From: Rotaria socialis
Lineage: Eukaryota
Length of the DNA: 64,000 nucleotides
Direction of reading: 5' to 3'
NCBI GenBank assembly: GCA_905331295.1
Contig: CAJNYD010000055.1
Location: forward strand, 62,001-126,000
The notes under the pieces are model-generated. The model was not told the DNA's origin. It saw only the letters and a list, made by a program, of their open reading frames with translations, and did not search any database. Each line of letters opens with the position of its first letter. Within the stretch, counting starts at the first letter, position 1. The translations under genes were made by a program, and so were the position numbers. Below, piece after piece: positions 39,752 through 53,057 of this stretch.

Positions 39752-40010
39752 CCCATGTGAAACAATCAGACGGTATTCTTGTAAGATCAGATGAAATCAT
39801 ACAAAAAATCGTAAAGTCAGATCATCGTATCCATTCGTATTGTAAGATTCGTATAAGATCTTATCAGGATCATACAGAAATCTTACAGTACGAATTGATA
39901 CGATGATCAGGCTTTACGATTCCTTGTATGATTTCATCTGATCTTATACGATCATACCGGATCAGAGGTATGATCATACAAGATCTTACTGTCTGATAGT
40001 TTGACCTGGG
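39752..40010. mobile_element. Palindromic MITE with CCCAGGTCAAAC-type termini
   Basis: cccatgtgaaacaatcagacggta vs tactgtctgatagtttgacctggg; long internal inverted symmetry; TT on both flanks. Confidence 0.75.
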
Positions 40011-42291
40011 TTTTTATTAAAGATCATATAAAAACATTACCATCGACTTCTGTTTAAAACATTGGAGTAATTTTCGAGTAAATTATAAGATGTCATCTTT
40101 CATATATTTTCAAAATATTTCTTAGAAATTGTATGATATTTTTCAAAGAGACAAACATTTAGTATCAGCTATGAATCGAAGTTTTGCGGCTTTCCCATCA
40201 CATTGCATAGTAACGGTAACGAAAAATCGTACAATGATGAATACAATCTCCCTTGCAACTGATGATACAAACGCAGCAGACATCAGAATCATAGCTGAAA
40301 TTTTCTTAGCGATGAAAAAATTAGTAAATAGAATTCAAAATCAAATATGGACTATAAAATATTTCAAAACTTTTCTCGCACTTTGATTGGCTCGAATAGG
40401 TTTGCCAATCTTCGCGTGATTTTTGTTCGTAATTGTACCTATATACAATTTTTAGTATCGATGTCAATAATAAAGAGTTACGATCTAACAGTTTCATGCA
40501 ATCATCATATAACCGACGTTAAATAACATAAAGTGATTAAATTATAATTTGGATAACTAATCAATATATAACAGGCATAAAGACTTGCTGTTATTAGAGA
40601 ATCCCTTCTCGATGTTCTTTTTATTAAGATTCAAAAGAGATACCGTTAAGCGAGAGAAGAGAGGATATATACAAGAGAGAATAAAGCATCAAGGAATGCG
40701 AGTTGAATAAACATATTGTGAAGAAAGAAGTGAGTCAAGTAATGTAAACATATGACTGTAACAGCTGTACGAAAAATATAATAGGTTTATTCGACAGTTA
40801 AAACAGAAATCTATCGTTTCAGCAGTAAATTCTACACAGTTGATATATCATGTTATTTTCGTATTACAAAGCATAGAATTTAATTATTAATAAGCTAGTT
40901 TTAATTGCACACTCGAATTTTGAATGATTTGATGCAATTCTTACTCGCGAAGAGAACTATAAATGATATTCAAAAATATTATTAAAAATGTGCGTAAGAT
41001 TGAATGTGTAAGATTCAGATTAATTTTTGAATATTTTAGCTATCGTCATTTTAATAATACCAATTTAGGTTGTATTTAATATGAATATTAGAAAAGAGTC
41101 GCAAACTTCAACGATAATATGTCGATATTTAATCGTTAATATTCATAATTAAAATTAATTTGAACAAATTCTTATTTGAAGAGTGATAAATTTTATAACA
41201 TGAATATAGCTACGAAATATTTTTCAGTTGTTTTTTTCGGGTAAATTTTATCGCTAGAAAAAGGGTGTGGGTGTATATATTTACGAACATGCATATCTAC
41301 CACCCACGCCCTCAGTAGAACTTCAGAAGAATATGTAATATCGCTCCATTGTTGAATCTGATCGCGTTGTAGAAAAAGTTGCTTCTATTAGCATATATTT
41401 CACTTGTGTTCATCTTAGAAGGTATGATCGATACAAAATAGCTGTCTGTGCGTTCAAGTCTAGAAGATTATATTTAATTATTGAACATTATGAACAAAAG
41501 CAATGTATATTTTGAGAAATATTTACGACTTGAACTTTGAAGACTCAAAATAAGGTAAGCAACAATGTTACAAAATACGAAAAATAGCTAATATCTAAAT
41601 AGTTATATGTTATTGTAACTTGTTTAATTGCCATGAGTTTATTATGTGATAGTTGCTTGAACGGTCCTAAAAAGAAGAAACTTTGTATTCATCGTAGTGT
41701 TAAAGATTAGTAGAAACCTGCTAGAATTTTATTTTTCTGTTCTTTTTTAATCTCCTATGCTTTCTTATCAATAATAAAATTCAGTAAGGATATGGGATGT
41801 GGGCTTTGATATAGATACATCATTTGCGTACATGTGACTTACTATGCAAACGCATCGTTATAATGTAATTATTATACACCACATTTTGGTCTTTCGAGAA
41901 AAAAAATTATCAGAGATTTTTTCAGAAAAACTCCATTGAATCATTCCCATTCTAAAGATTTTAGCAGGTCAGATCTTCAAAACCGATTCGACCTTCATAA
42001 GAAGCCTTCTTAGGACTTTCTCTTGATTATTGACTATGATCGACATGTACTCGAATAATAAAAAATCGAAATATGGTCTCAAAAGAAATTAATATAGAAA
42101 AGTAGAAGAGTTGCATTTTCGACTGCGGTACATATAAATAAAAGTAACGCTAAACCTATGGATTCACTCACCCTTTTCTGAAAGATACGTCAGTGTCACT
42201 GTATTTTATGGAAGAAATTGTGTTTAAAAGTTCGTCTTAACTGTTCAATTATTTATATTGCTGGCCATTGCGTTAAGCAACTCATATCTAT

Positions 42292-42465
42292 CAGGAGCGT
42301 AGATTGGGTCTCAAAGCAAGGAGACGTCGGGGAGTGCAAGATGGATTTTGGTTAAATTTTTCGATTTTTGCTAAAACATTTTCGAAACAGGTGGAACACA
42401 ATGAGAAATTTTAAAAGCAGGCGGAGACGTCGTGCCCTACGCCCCTCCCCCTTTTTACGCTACTG
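42292..42465. mobile_element. hAT-type MITE (174 bp)
   Basis: TIR CAGGAGCGTA / TACGCTACTG (9/10) and 8-bp TSD atatctat / gtatctat (7/8). Confidence 0.75.
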
Positions 42466-42511
42466 GTATCTATTTCAAACACGCTTTACAAGACTTTTTC
42501 CCTATGAAGAT

Positions 42512-42816
42512 ACTAGTTGATTTGATGTCTTCTGCGAGTTTCCAGGAAACTCGAATTTTTCCACTTTTCTGGTAGCAAGGGTATAATGGATATGAAATGG
42601 AAAGTCGCTTCCCCGCACCCTCAATATGCCATACGAGACAAAAGTGTAGCCGTGTGAAAGTTCCTTGCCCGCACCCTCAAACTGATTTTGCTTTTGTGAA
42701 AATTTTGTGCGGAGGCACTAGTTTTTAGTTTCTGGGAATTTTTGCTGCAGAAATTTTTGTTCCTGGAAATTATTGATAGTTTCCGGGAAACTCCTGAGAC
42801 ATCATATGTACTAGTT
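42512..42816. mobile_element. MITE with ~40-bp imperfect TIRs
   Basis: actagttgatttgatgtcttctgcgagtttccaggaaact vs agtttccgggaaactcctgagacatcatatgtactagt; internal direct repeat cccgcaccctcaa twice. Confidence 0.65.
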
Positions 42817-43841
42817 CCGCGTTTACTTTATAGTTGTAAAAGATATTGCTGATTCCTGACTTTTGATTGTTGCGGCTTCTTTCTTATAAAAGTCAACATT
42901 ACCTTAGTACAAAAACTCGGTCACAAAACATATGATCTTGTGAAAAATGCTTTCTATTTAATTATAATCTTAAATGGTGAAATAAGTTTTTCTCTGTCTG
43001 CTTAGAATGATGATCACATTTCTGTTCTTCTTTCCATCTTTCTCATTATCTGACATTAATAAATGAAGCATTAGAGAAATTTAGAAAATGAAGATCGTGA
43101 AAATTTGCTCGAATCACGATAATTCTCTTGGACTTTTTATAGAAATGATCAAGAAAGATACAAGATGATATATGAAGTTAGTCAAGGTTGGTGTATAACA
43201 TGGAAAAAAAACATTTATCATTATTATTGATGCAGCTGGTCGTAGAAGTTTTGGATGTTTTGTTCCAGATATCAACTGACATCTATAATAATCCACTCTG
43301 ATTCGTTCAGAAGAATATTAAAATGAAGACTAATTGAAATTGAAAGATCCATTTGACATAGATACAAAAAAATCATTTCGCAAATAACTACACATACCTA
43401 CTGTAACAAATTTTCTTGATTTCACTATTTTCATTTTAGTTTCGTCTATAAATTAACGCATTGATGTCAAACAAGACATTTACATCCGAATCAATCCTTA
43501 GTTCAGGTGAAGAACAATCATCAATGCCAAATGTAAAAAAGATCAATTCAGATACAGAAATTAATGATTTTCGTTCAAATGTAAATCGACATATTCTGTT
43601 CTTTTGTAGTAAGAAATGCTTTATTTCTAGTCAAAAAAATGTTCATCTGGTTCTCCTGACGTGATCGTTGAAACTATTTCACCATCAATTTCATCAACAA
43701 CAAACACTAATAAATCAAATCAAGGTCACAAAACGAAAACAAATTCTAACTATAAAAATCAAAGTCCTAATCAACTATTTACACAAGTAAATTTTATTTG
43801 TAATTTAATGAAAATTACATTTTAAAATTTGTCTTTTTTTA

Positions 43842-44039
43842 CCCAGGTCAAGCGAAACGGATTACGTTTACGGGCCGTTTTCGGACAGTGAGCTGTGGAA
43901 ATACGGTTATTTTACGACCGTAAACGATGTTATTACGTACCGTAAGTAGTCCGTAATTATCCGTCGTACTGGAATCAGGAATACGGCCCGTATTTTATCC
44001 GCATCGTAAACACTCCGTAGTCGACCGTAAACTATTATA
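43842..44039. mobile_element. One arm of a CCCAGGTCAA-ended element, truncated by a gap
   Basis: Same terminus as the 39752-40010 element; many CCGTA/TACGG subrepeats; runs into the N-gap. Confidence 0.65.
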
Positions 44040-44139
44040 NNNNNNNNNNNNNNNNNNNNNNNNNNNNNNNNNNNNNNNNNNNNNNNNNNNNNNNNNNNNN
44101 NNNNNNNNNNNNNNNNNNNNNNNNNNNNNNNNNNNNNNN

Positions 44140-45758
44140 CGCTGGGAATTCAATGATGTGAACTTTTGGTTTAGCTCGTAGTTATAATGTTCCAGTTTCG
44201 CACAGTTGTCTTCTAGCTTTTTAGTTTGATGTTCTTCCATCTCAATTATTTTTTTCAGATCGTTGCCTAGTTGCGCTTGGCATTTTTCGCGGCGTTTAAT
44301 GATGTTATCTTTCTGTTGTAGTTTTTCTTGTAAATTTTTTAATTGGCCTTCTCTCTGTCCATGTGTGACTCGTGAATCGGTAACTAAACGTTCCTGTTGC
44401 TCATATTTTACTCGTAAGTCATCGGCGAGACATTTTTCCTTTAAATATTTTTCTTGTAACTCTTTTATTCTGCTCTGAAGTTCATCATTCTTTTGTTTCT
44501 CATCCTCAAGTTGGACCGTTTTCTGCTCTACCGAATCGTTAGCTTGTCGTATTTGACTGATTATCATCTCACTGATTGGAAACGGCTTTTCAATTTTGAT
44601 AAACAGATCGAGTAACTTTTTACGGTAATCACTGATAGTCAGGTATTGGTTTTTAAGACTTTCGTTACCGTGTTTGTAGTCATCGCTATTGAGTGAGCCC
44701 GAAAAGTAAACGCCCAATTTGAAAAATGGATTTATCTTTTTGAAGAATGTATCTTGCTCCAATTCCAATTTCAACCTATTGCGTTGTTCTTCATCTTTAG
44801 ACTCACAGTGTGTTATAACCAAACAGGAATTGTTCATTATCTCATCCCCGAGAAATGCGATTAATTTTTCGATAGCTTCAACGTCTTGAGCATTGATGCC
44901 ACTCGTAAGGGCTACACAAAAACAAATAGCATGAAATTTAGTAATTTCCATATTAGCACATAATTGAATTCCCTTCAAAATTGCTTCATCAGGACGTATG
45001 TCACTTTCTACATTACTACGTTCGAACAAGCCGGGTGTATCAATAATGTTAAGCACAACCTCCTGTTGTTGTATATGAAATGTTTGGAATTGAGGGTCTT
45101 TAGTTCCTGATTTAAGTGTCATTTCATCAGGCACATTTCTAGGATCCATCAGCAATAATTTGATGGTTGATTTACCCGTACGCGTTCGTCCGATGATCAT
45201 TATATTTCTGCTTTGTACTTCTCCCATTTTGTATTGCCCTAATTTGTTGTAATCTTCGTTGATTAGCTCCATACATGCTTGGCGCTTCGCGTTTGTATCA
45301 ACACTATTGACTGTCTCACGGAGTGACATCTTGTAATGCTTAAAATAAGAGAGTGAATGTCAATAGATCTGTAGTTTAAAAAGGTAACAAGCGTTTGACA
45401 GTCAGCATGGCCAAAACCTTCTATTAAGTAGTAATAAATTCGGTTTTTCCCATTAAAGCCTTGCGAGATAAGACTTTCTGCCATGCGCTTATTATCGAAG
45501 ACTTCTGAAGGACAAATCATACGGGGACAAGCCTTTTGATATGCAAAGTATAAAATGGTTCTTTCCCACTGTTAAGTAATGTGACTCAGTGCATCATTTT
45601 ATCAACACAACAAAAACGTGTGATTCACCTGTTAGTATAAATGACGCAAGTGTCACGAATTCTCCTTGTTACGTTTTCATCTACGAACACCAAACTAGAA
45701 ATATGAGAAACTAGAATTTACCTACCTGTGCTTGGACATGTTCGCCCGCATGACTCAT
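44140..45758 (-). CDS. AIG1/GIMAP-like P-loop GTPase with long coiled coil; 3' end lost in the gap
   Basis: G1 GRTRTGKS, G2 SGT, G3 IIDTPGL, G4-like ITHCE, then heptad-rich tail; 11-codon first exon 45758-45726 and GT-AG intron 45725-45330. Confidence 0.8.
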
Positions 45759-46082
45759 TGTTTCCAAGACTGATATTAGGCGAGAGTTAACCCTGTTGAA
45801 AGAAACAGAAGCAACAATGATGAGGATGTGGATGTGGGGGCGGATGTGAGGCGTGAAGTGTAGGTGTGACACAACACAAGGTCGACAAGCACTCGCACTC
45901 GCACGCCCACCCAAGCACTCAGACTGGAACAGTCAAAAACCCACACCCACACTTTGCTGAAAAACAAAATTTTTAGCTGAACAGCACTCAATAAAAACGA
46001 ATTCCTATCCAATGTGAAATCTTATGAGAACATTTCAATTGATTTTCTTTAACGTATGATATCAAATAAAATAAACAGATGT

Positions 46083-49000
46083 TCATGTTGACTGATTTTC
46101 TGATTCACATGCATAAGTCATATTATCTGCATGGATCTGTTGAGTAAGGCTTTCATGAACATGTACATGTTTTATTTTATCCATTTCTTCAAGACGTTGT
46201 TTATCAATACGTTTATAGACGAGAATGTAAGGTGTAGCTGATGTGTATTGAGCACAATTCTCAATCATAGCTTCGTATGACGACATTTGTACTTGATCAT
46301 CATTTAACAAAAACCATTCATCATTTGAAAAATAATCTTCTTGATCATGATTATTTACTTTTGATAATAATGGTTTAATTTCTCTAGCGTATACATAGTA
46401 ATGGCCACCATGAAGTGTATAACCTGTATGAACAATAATAAGAACAAGACAATATTTAATTGAAATCGAATGATTCCGTGATTTTGGTGATCGATTAATA
46501 GGAACATTGAGTACTTTTGGATAATTTATTTTTGTAAAAACCTTACGAAATATATTTGTTTTTTTATCATATTCAAAACGATTCAACGATAAAATTAAAT
46601 ATTCCGGTGCTGTTTGAAGAATAGTATATCGTTCAGCATTTTGTAAAGATCTATTTTAATCTTTGACTTTTCTATTATCAAATTTTAAAATAAAAACTCA
46701 CCGACAATGTTCACATCGATACTGATTATCATCTTTTAATTCTTCTTTTTGAAAATAATAATCAAAAACATATTGAAGATTTGATAAATTTTCTTTTGGA
46801 CTGATCACATTCGTAGTGGGTAGTGGTGAAGATCGACTTATTAGATTCGATTGAACAAGCGATGCAGCAATCGATCTTGCTTGATCTTCTGATGCTGAAT
46901 TTGTATTTGATGCTGCATAAAATTTTAAGCCATTTTTGATGACTGACACCGGTATCGCTGATTGGTTGTAATTTAAATGTTCATTTTGAGTGTCGAATGT
47001 TGGAATTGGAAGAAATAAATAATTACTTGTTTCTTCACGATAGGATTCAATGGAACAACGTTGGCATCGATTTATTTGACAAGTACGAATAGTAAAAAGT
47101 TGTTCGATTTCCGATGGCGGTGGTGATTTTTTTTCTTCATCTTTTATTGTATCAAGTAAGTAACCTAATAAAAAAAAAGGAGATACATTCAATTACTATG
47201 AAAAAAAAACACAAACCAAGAAATTCAGCACAATCCTGTTGTTCATTGATGGCAAACCAACTGGGTCGTGCAATTTGTACCTAGAGAATTAATTTTTCTA
47301 TCTTTGAGAATTCGAAACGAAAGTAAATTTACAAGATTAGCTGCACTGATATAAGGTCTTTTCGATAGATTAAGCTGAGCAAAACTAATTTGTAGTTCTC
47401 TCAATACTGTCTGTTGTTCAAAACAATGTTCGAGAATATATTTTCGAAATAAATCGCATTGATATAAAGCTTGCAATACGGAATTAACATAACATGTGTT
47501 ACCCAAATTAATAATTCCGACACGATTCTTTATTTTATTATCCGTTGCAATTGTCATTGAATGAAATCTTTCATGAATAGTTTTATGATTGAGTAAAATA
47601 TTTAAATCAGGCTGTGGCAGACTATGAAAAATTTGTTTTAATATAATTTCATTGGACAAATCATATTCCGGATGAATAGCAACTCCCATATGACATAGTT
47701 CAATAATTTTCGTTTTAAGATCATCATTATTATTTGTTGATAATTGTTCCAATAGATTCGGTAAACGATTAAGAATCATACGAAATGTTTGCATTCGTTT
47801 ATCGTAACGAACAAACCAAAAAAGAATCTGAATTGCATTATCATAGGTTTCCGAATAGAATAGATGACCGATAAGAAAGGCGGTTGTCTCGTCAATGACT
47901 TTTATTAGATAGTCATGTTGTTTAAATGTTGTAAAAGCTGAACAAAGACCAGTAACCCAAGTTTCGTAGGGCATAGATTGAATCAATGGCAGTGGTGCAT
48001 CAATCAATTCAATTAAGCATTCAATTATTATTGAAAGACGTTCACCATTGAGACGATCATCGAAAAACATGGCTTTTAATGTGATATCAGCAGCATCAAG
48101 TTGTATAAGAGAAAAAAGAGCGAGAATCGTAGAACTTAACATTTTTTTATCCGGAGATTTTGCATTCGACATTTCATTGAATAAATATTCAATTGATCGA
48201 AGTTGAATATGTGTTATTCCATCTTGACTATAATAAAATATTTTTCATTGGCGAGACGTTGAAAAACAATTTACTTATCGTCTGATGACTTGTCCGTGGA
48301 TGGATCTTGTTTCCAAACAATATTAATCGTTTTGATAATAATACTGATCAATTTCAAATCATAAATCAAATCCTTATTAGGTTTTATTTTCAGCTGATGA
48401 TGAAGAAATGTATCGATAACATGGAGCGAATAATTAATAGCATCTTTTTGATTGGTGAAAATAAATTCTGATGACGTGAGATTTTTCGTTGTATTTTCAT
48501 AGAATTGATAAAGTAAAATAGAAAATGCTGCAAGCCAATCGATATCGTAGGGTGGATGATGTAGATATTTAACAAAATAAGTATTAATAACAAAACGATA
48601 GAATTCTAAGCCAACAGTAGCAATCAAGTTCAACGGACAATAATAATACAGAAGTTCAATATATCTAAAACAAAATATTTTTCGATTAAAAGGAAATAAT
48701 TCAGCAACCAAAACAAACCGCGTCAAGTAGACAGGTTTTCGTATCGATAAATTGAATAGTTGTTTAAATCGTTGATGATCATTTAAAAGCGTGTGATAAA
48801 AATTTTGATTTTTAGCTAATAGATTTATAATTAAAATAAAAAAATGATCATTGATTTTATCATCGAATAATAATTTTTCAAGATATTCAACTGCAAGATA
48901 ACCATCATTGTTTCGATCTAGTTGTGGTGGTCGCATCCAGAGTTGATAAAATTTCTCGTTGAGCATTTGCATTTGCTCCAATGGAATTTCACGATATTCA

Positions 49001-49083
49001 TATTCGTTTGAAAATCGTTTGATTGCGGTCAAAAATAGAGATTCACTTTCTCCGAATGTAGATATATGAGACGACTTATTCAT
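46083..49083 (-). CDS. Ubiquitin-specific protease, USP35/USP38-like (multi-exon)
   Basis: Cys box GIINLGNTCYVNSVLQAL, QQDCAEFL, YRCEHC, His box HTGYTLHGGHYY, WFLLND, PYILVY; helical N-terminal region. Confidence 0.9.
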
Positions 49084-49348
49084 AGTTGCCGATGGAGAAC
49101 ATGAATCGATGTGACGAACAAAAAGTTTAAATGATGATGATTTAGGTTATCATTCGATTTTGATATTTTCTTTTTATTTAAGACATTATATTATAAAGCG
49201 CCAAGGAATTTGTACATATATATTTTTTTTGCTGTGAAAGAAAGATAACTGTGTTGAACTTTCTGATATTCTAGAATAATGCGGCTGATCTGCTCAATTA
49301 TGAATTTATTTCGAATATCCTTATTTTTATTTGATGTTCAACTTTCTT

Positions 49349-50149
49349 TTAAGGTGTAAAAAAATTATATATATCATCAATGAATTGTTCCATCAATGTC
49401 TTTTTTCGTTTAGGCCATACGGCAAGACAGAATCGATAAACAATAAAAGCTAATACAACTAGGAGGATTATATATATAAATATGCGCCAACGATATGTAT
49501 TTTTCTCATCCAATGATGTATCAAGATCTTGCTGTTCGATCATCAGTCGCTGATATTTTCGATTTAATAATCCAGTTGTTTTACTTCTCGTTCTATGTTG
49601 TCTTGTACTAGTATGATAATGATCGCCCATGCCTTGCTGTTGTTGCTGCTGTACATGCATAGCAGAATTGTTTGATGATATTAATGATGAATGAATATGT
49701 TCATTGGGCGTTTTATTTTTTCTCATAATAGCATAAGTAGTCATCGATTCTTCATCTGCATCTTCGTTGGGATCTCGCCGAATGTAATCTCCCATCTCTT
49801 GTCTCGCTTGTTGTTTTTGTTTGATCGATGAAGATATTCTTGTATCGTCATTATTTAATGGAGTTGTATACATTTCTTCGCTGACACTTTCAGGTTTTGA
49901 TAATGATATATTCGCATTTTCACATTTTTCTTTTTGTTTAGTTGACCGAGATGAATGACAAGTTTTTGATTGATGCAAAACTGTTGTATTATTATTATCT
50001 ATCAATGGATCCAAATTATTAATCATTGCTGTTCGTTTAGATGGCGAAATTCGTTGTTGACCAACATCACGATTGTAAGAATTCAGATTTGGTGTTGTTT
50101 CAAGTTTTGATAGGATCGTTGGATTTGTATTCAGTTTAGATGTTGTCAT
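49349..50149 (-). CDS. Unknown intronless protein, low-complexity N-terminus and one C-terminal TM helix
   Basis: 266-codon ORF; hydrophobic WRIFIYIILLVVLAFIVY flanked by basic residues. Confidence 0.7.
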   Translation of the reverse strand: MTTSKLNTNPTILSKLETTPNLNSYNRDVGQQRISPSKRTAMINNLDPLIDNNNTTVLHQSKTCHSSRSTKQKEKCENANISLSKPESVSEEMYTTPLNNDDTRISSSIKQKQQARQEMGDYIRRDPNEDADEESMTTYAIMRKNKTPNEHIHSSLISSNNSAMHVQQQQQQGMGDHYHTSTRQHRTRSKTTGLLNRKYQRLMIEQQDLDTSLDEKNTYRWRIFIYIILLVVLAFIVYRFCLAVWPKRKKTLMEQFIDDIYNFFTP

Positions 50150-50734
50150 ATAAAACGCTTTTATTTTATATTGAGAGAAGCGCGTAATTTATCAAGCGGG
50201 AATTTTAAGAGTAAAAACAAAAACAAAAGAGATCTAATTAACAATGTTATTCAATACAAATACGTTAGCATAGAAACTCAGTGTGATATCCCCATATTTA
50301 ATCTTTCCCTCTCTGTCGAAACACTTTTTCAGCAAGAAAAAGAAATTGTTTTGCTTTTATTTAGTTACGCCGTCGATTGAGAAATCGTAGCACGATGCCA
50401 TATCTGTGCAGAAAAAGGTCAATTACCATAAACATAATTTTATATCTTTCTGAAATAATGGATCCTTCATGAACCATTTTTCATCCATAACGTCGCTCAA
50501 GTATAACCATATGAGTGTCATAATCAGCAGCTGCACTAAAAGGCTAATCTATATAACATTTTCTTTCAAATCCCGATGCGGTTTTTATCTCTATACCAAG
50601 CAAATAACTATTCACAAACAAATATTCACGTAAAATAGAGAAGAAGACTGAATAAAGTAAAACGAACTAAACGAAAAGAAAAAGAGCAATACACTGTTGA
50701 TTGTATTCTAATAGATACGACGATGATATAACTA

Positions 50735-53057
50735 TCACTTGTGAATAAAAATAATAAGTATTGAAAAACAAACGCAAGCAAGAAGCAGAATATATTTGAA
50801 TGCAATTAATTTTGGATCGCGCACGCATTCAATTAGTTTAATGAAAAGATCGCCGTTCGATGATGGTGTTGAAACATACGTTGCTGCAAGTTTTTCAACG
50901 GAGATTGCCGACTTTTTCTTTTTTATTTTACGAGTTCGTAAACAACTTTGATTATGAAGATTTTCACTATGAAAAAACAAAAGAAATGATCAGTTTAGCA
51001 AACAATCTGAAAAAACAAACATAACATACATGGATTCATTAATAGATGCAACAGCTTCGATTAGATTTTGACAAGCGGGCTGTTGTTCTTGAACAACATT
51101 TGCTGGATCAATCGGAGAGGATGGTGATTCTGCATGAACAACAGATTCCTCTGTGTTGTTAATTTCATCTATTGACTGTTCGATTGGTACAGTTAAATTT
51201 GTATTTTCTTCTCGCGTCGGAACTCGATCGTCTTCTGCATCATTAGTCGAACTGAACAAAAAATCATTGTATATGCCCTGGCCTTTATAACCAATGCTTC
51301 ACATATTCATTAGATAATCTCTGATTCTTTTTTTTCTATGTTTCCAGGCTTTTGCAAATGATAAGACTCCGGATTTATTAATTTATCGATTGTCAAAACA
51401 ATATATGGAGACAATGGCAAGGTCTTCATACTTTCTGAACTTATGTAAGAAGAACAAAAGATAAGGTTGTTTCAATGCCAATAAAAATACTCGAGTAACT
51501 TTTGTTTTCTATCTACGATAGAATATACGCAATAGAACGTTCCGCAAAGAAGCGAGTTCAATCATACGCGCTCATCTCCATAAATGTCTGCGAAGAACTG
51601 ATCGACCATCTGCTAGTAGCATTTATAAACATTGTGGCTATCTATTAATGGATAAAAGTCAAAACATCTAATCCTATTATTCTGATATACAAATTAAAAT
51701 AGACAATGCATGAACGATAACAAATTGATATCCTACGACTAGGATTCACACCTTACGTCATCGTATTCTCGATATTTTTACCTCTGAAAAATCTCTGATT
51801 GATTTATTGATTCTTGTTGTTTATCTTCATCATAAATTAAATAGTCATCATCTTCATTTATTGTTTGTGAATGTTCTAATCAATGATAATCGTGAACGTT
51901 CGTTAATAGACGGAAAGAAGAAGAAAAAAGCTCGTACCTATATTTGTTGTTTCTAAAACAGTATCATATAATTGTTTGGTATAAGGATTCGTTTTTGTTA
52001 ATTTTCCAATATGATTAGATTTTAGAATAAACAAAATATTTTGTTTTAAATCAGAAAAAAATCTCAATAGGCTTTTTTCCGTTCGATCACCAAAATCATT
52101 AATTGAATTTGTATTAAAACAATAATTCGATAGGCTTAAACATAATTCAAAATGCTGTTGTTTATTAATAGGATTTAATTCCTCTAGTTGTTTTAAATAA
52201 TCGAAATATTCTGTTGTTCCATATTTTAAACTGAACGGACAAAGATATTTAATGATCAACGATAAATATGAACTATCAATCCATGTTTTTAAATAAAAAT
52301 CTTTAATATAGATTAATTTTGAATTTAAAATTTTATTTAATAATCTATTTGTCCATTTGAGTAGATCACTACGATGTTGTCCATAGGAAAATATTGTATT
52401 TTCATTATAAATATGTTTATTTGTTGCTATATGAAATGATGGGAAATCGAATATTTTCATAATTATCCAAAGCAATGCTAAAATTTGTTTACGATTTCCT
52501 GAAACAATATCATGCGGGGATATGTTTATATGTTGCATATGCAATTTTAAATAGTCCAAGACATATTGAACATTTGTTAATGAATGAAAACGTGTATGAC
52601 CATGTTCTCGTTTTAATTTCGTCGATGAAAATATTTCAATTAAATCAATTAATACATGTCCATTGGCTAAATCTTGTGAAAGATCTTTAACGAGCTTTTG
52701 ATCATTCTTCGATGATAAATGATAGTTGATAAATTTTAAAAAACTCGATATTTGTATATCATCCATTCTTTTATGCAATTGTTCAATGCGTTTCCTTGTA
52801 TAATAGTCTTGCGAATGGTCTAATGAAGACGATAGCACATATGTTGTTAGTTGGCTCTCTTCTTTTGAGTCGAATGCTGACGATATGATATCAGTATTGA
52901 TAGGAACACTATGACTGTTTCTGCTAGTGATCAATAATGTTGAGGCACAAACCGACGATGGAAGAGGGCAAGGTTGTGTCGATTTGTCAGCATTTGAGGG
53001 ACACAATGTGGTGGGAATCGAGGACGAACACCATTCGTGTTTTTTAGTACATGACAT
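50735..53057 (-). CDS. Calponin-homology (actinin-type ABD) protein with C-terminal TM, calmin/nesprin-like, 4 exons
   Basis: CH1 motifs FLKFINYHL, VKDLSQDLANGHVLIDLIE, DIVSGNRKQILALLWII; degenerate CH2 DLLKWTN; exons ~53057-51939, 51875-51782, 51251-51030, 50966-50735 join in phase; ends ILLLACVCFSILIIFIHK*. Confidence 0.75.

Larger units (their letters stand above)
41255..43790 (+). pseudogene. Decayed multi-exon gene remnant, possibly non-canonical poly(A)/uridylyl polymerase-like
   Basis: Exon-like blocks with splice sites and multiple stops (IWDVGFD..., IIPILKILA, IIIDAAGRRSFG...LKLKDPFDID); family assignment is weak. Confidence 0.25.

Noticed and set aside
40462..40761. Possible solo LTR (TGT..ACA with TATA-like and AATAAA motifs)
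   Set aside because: No matching TSD, no second copy and no PBS/PPT in the window
43995..44139. C-terminus YNSLRSTTECLRCG of the 444-aa ORF
   Set aside because: Lies beyond the gap in transposon sequence; the true GTPase stop is unknown
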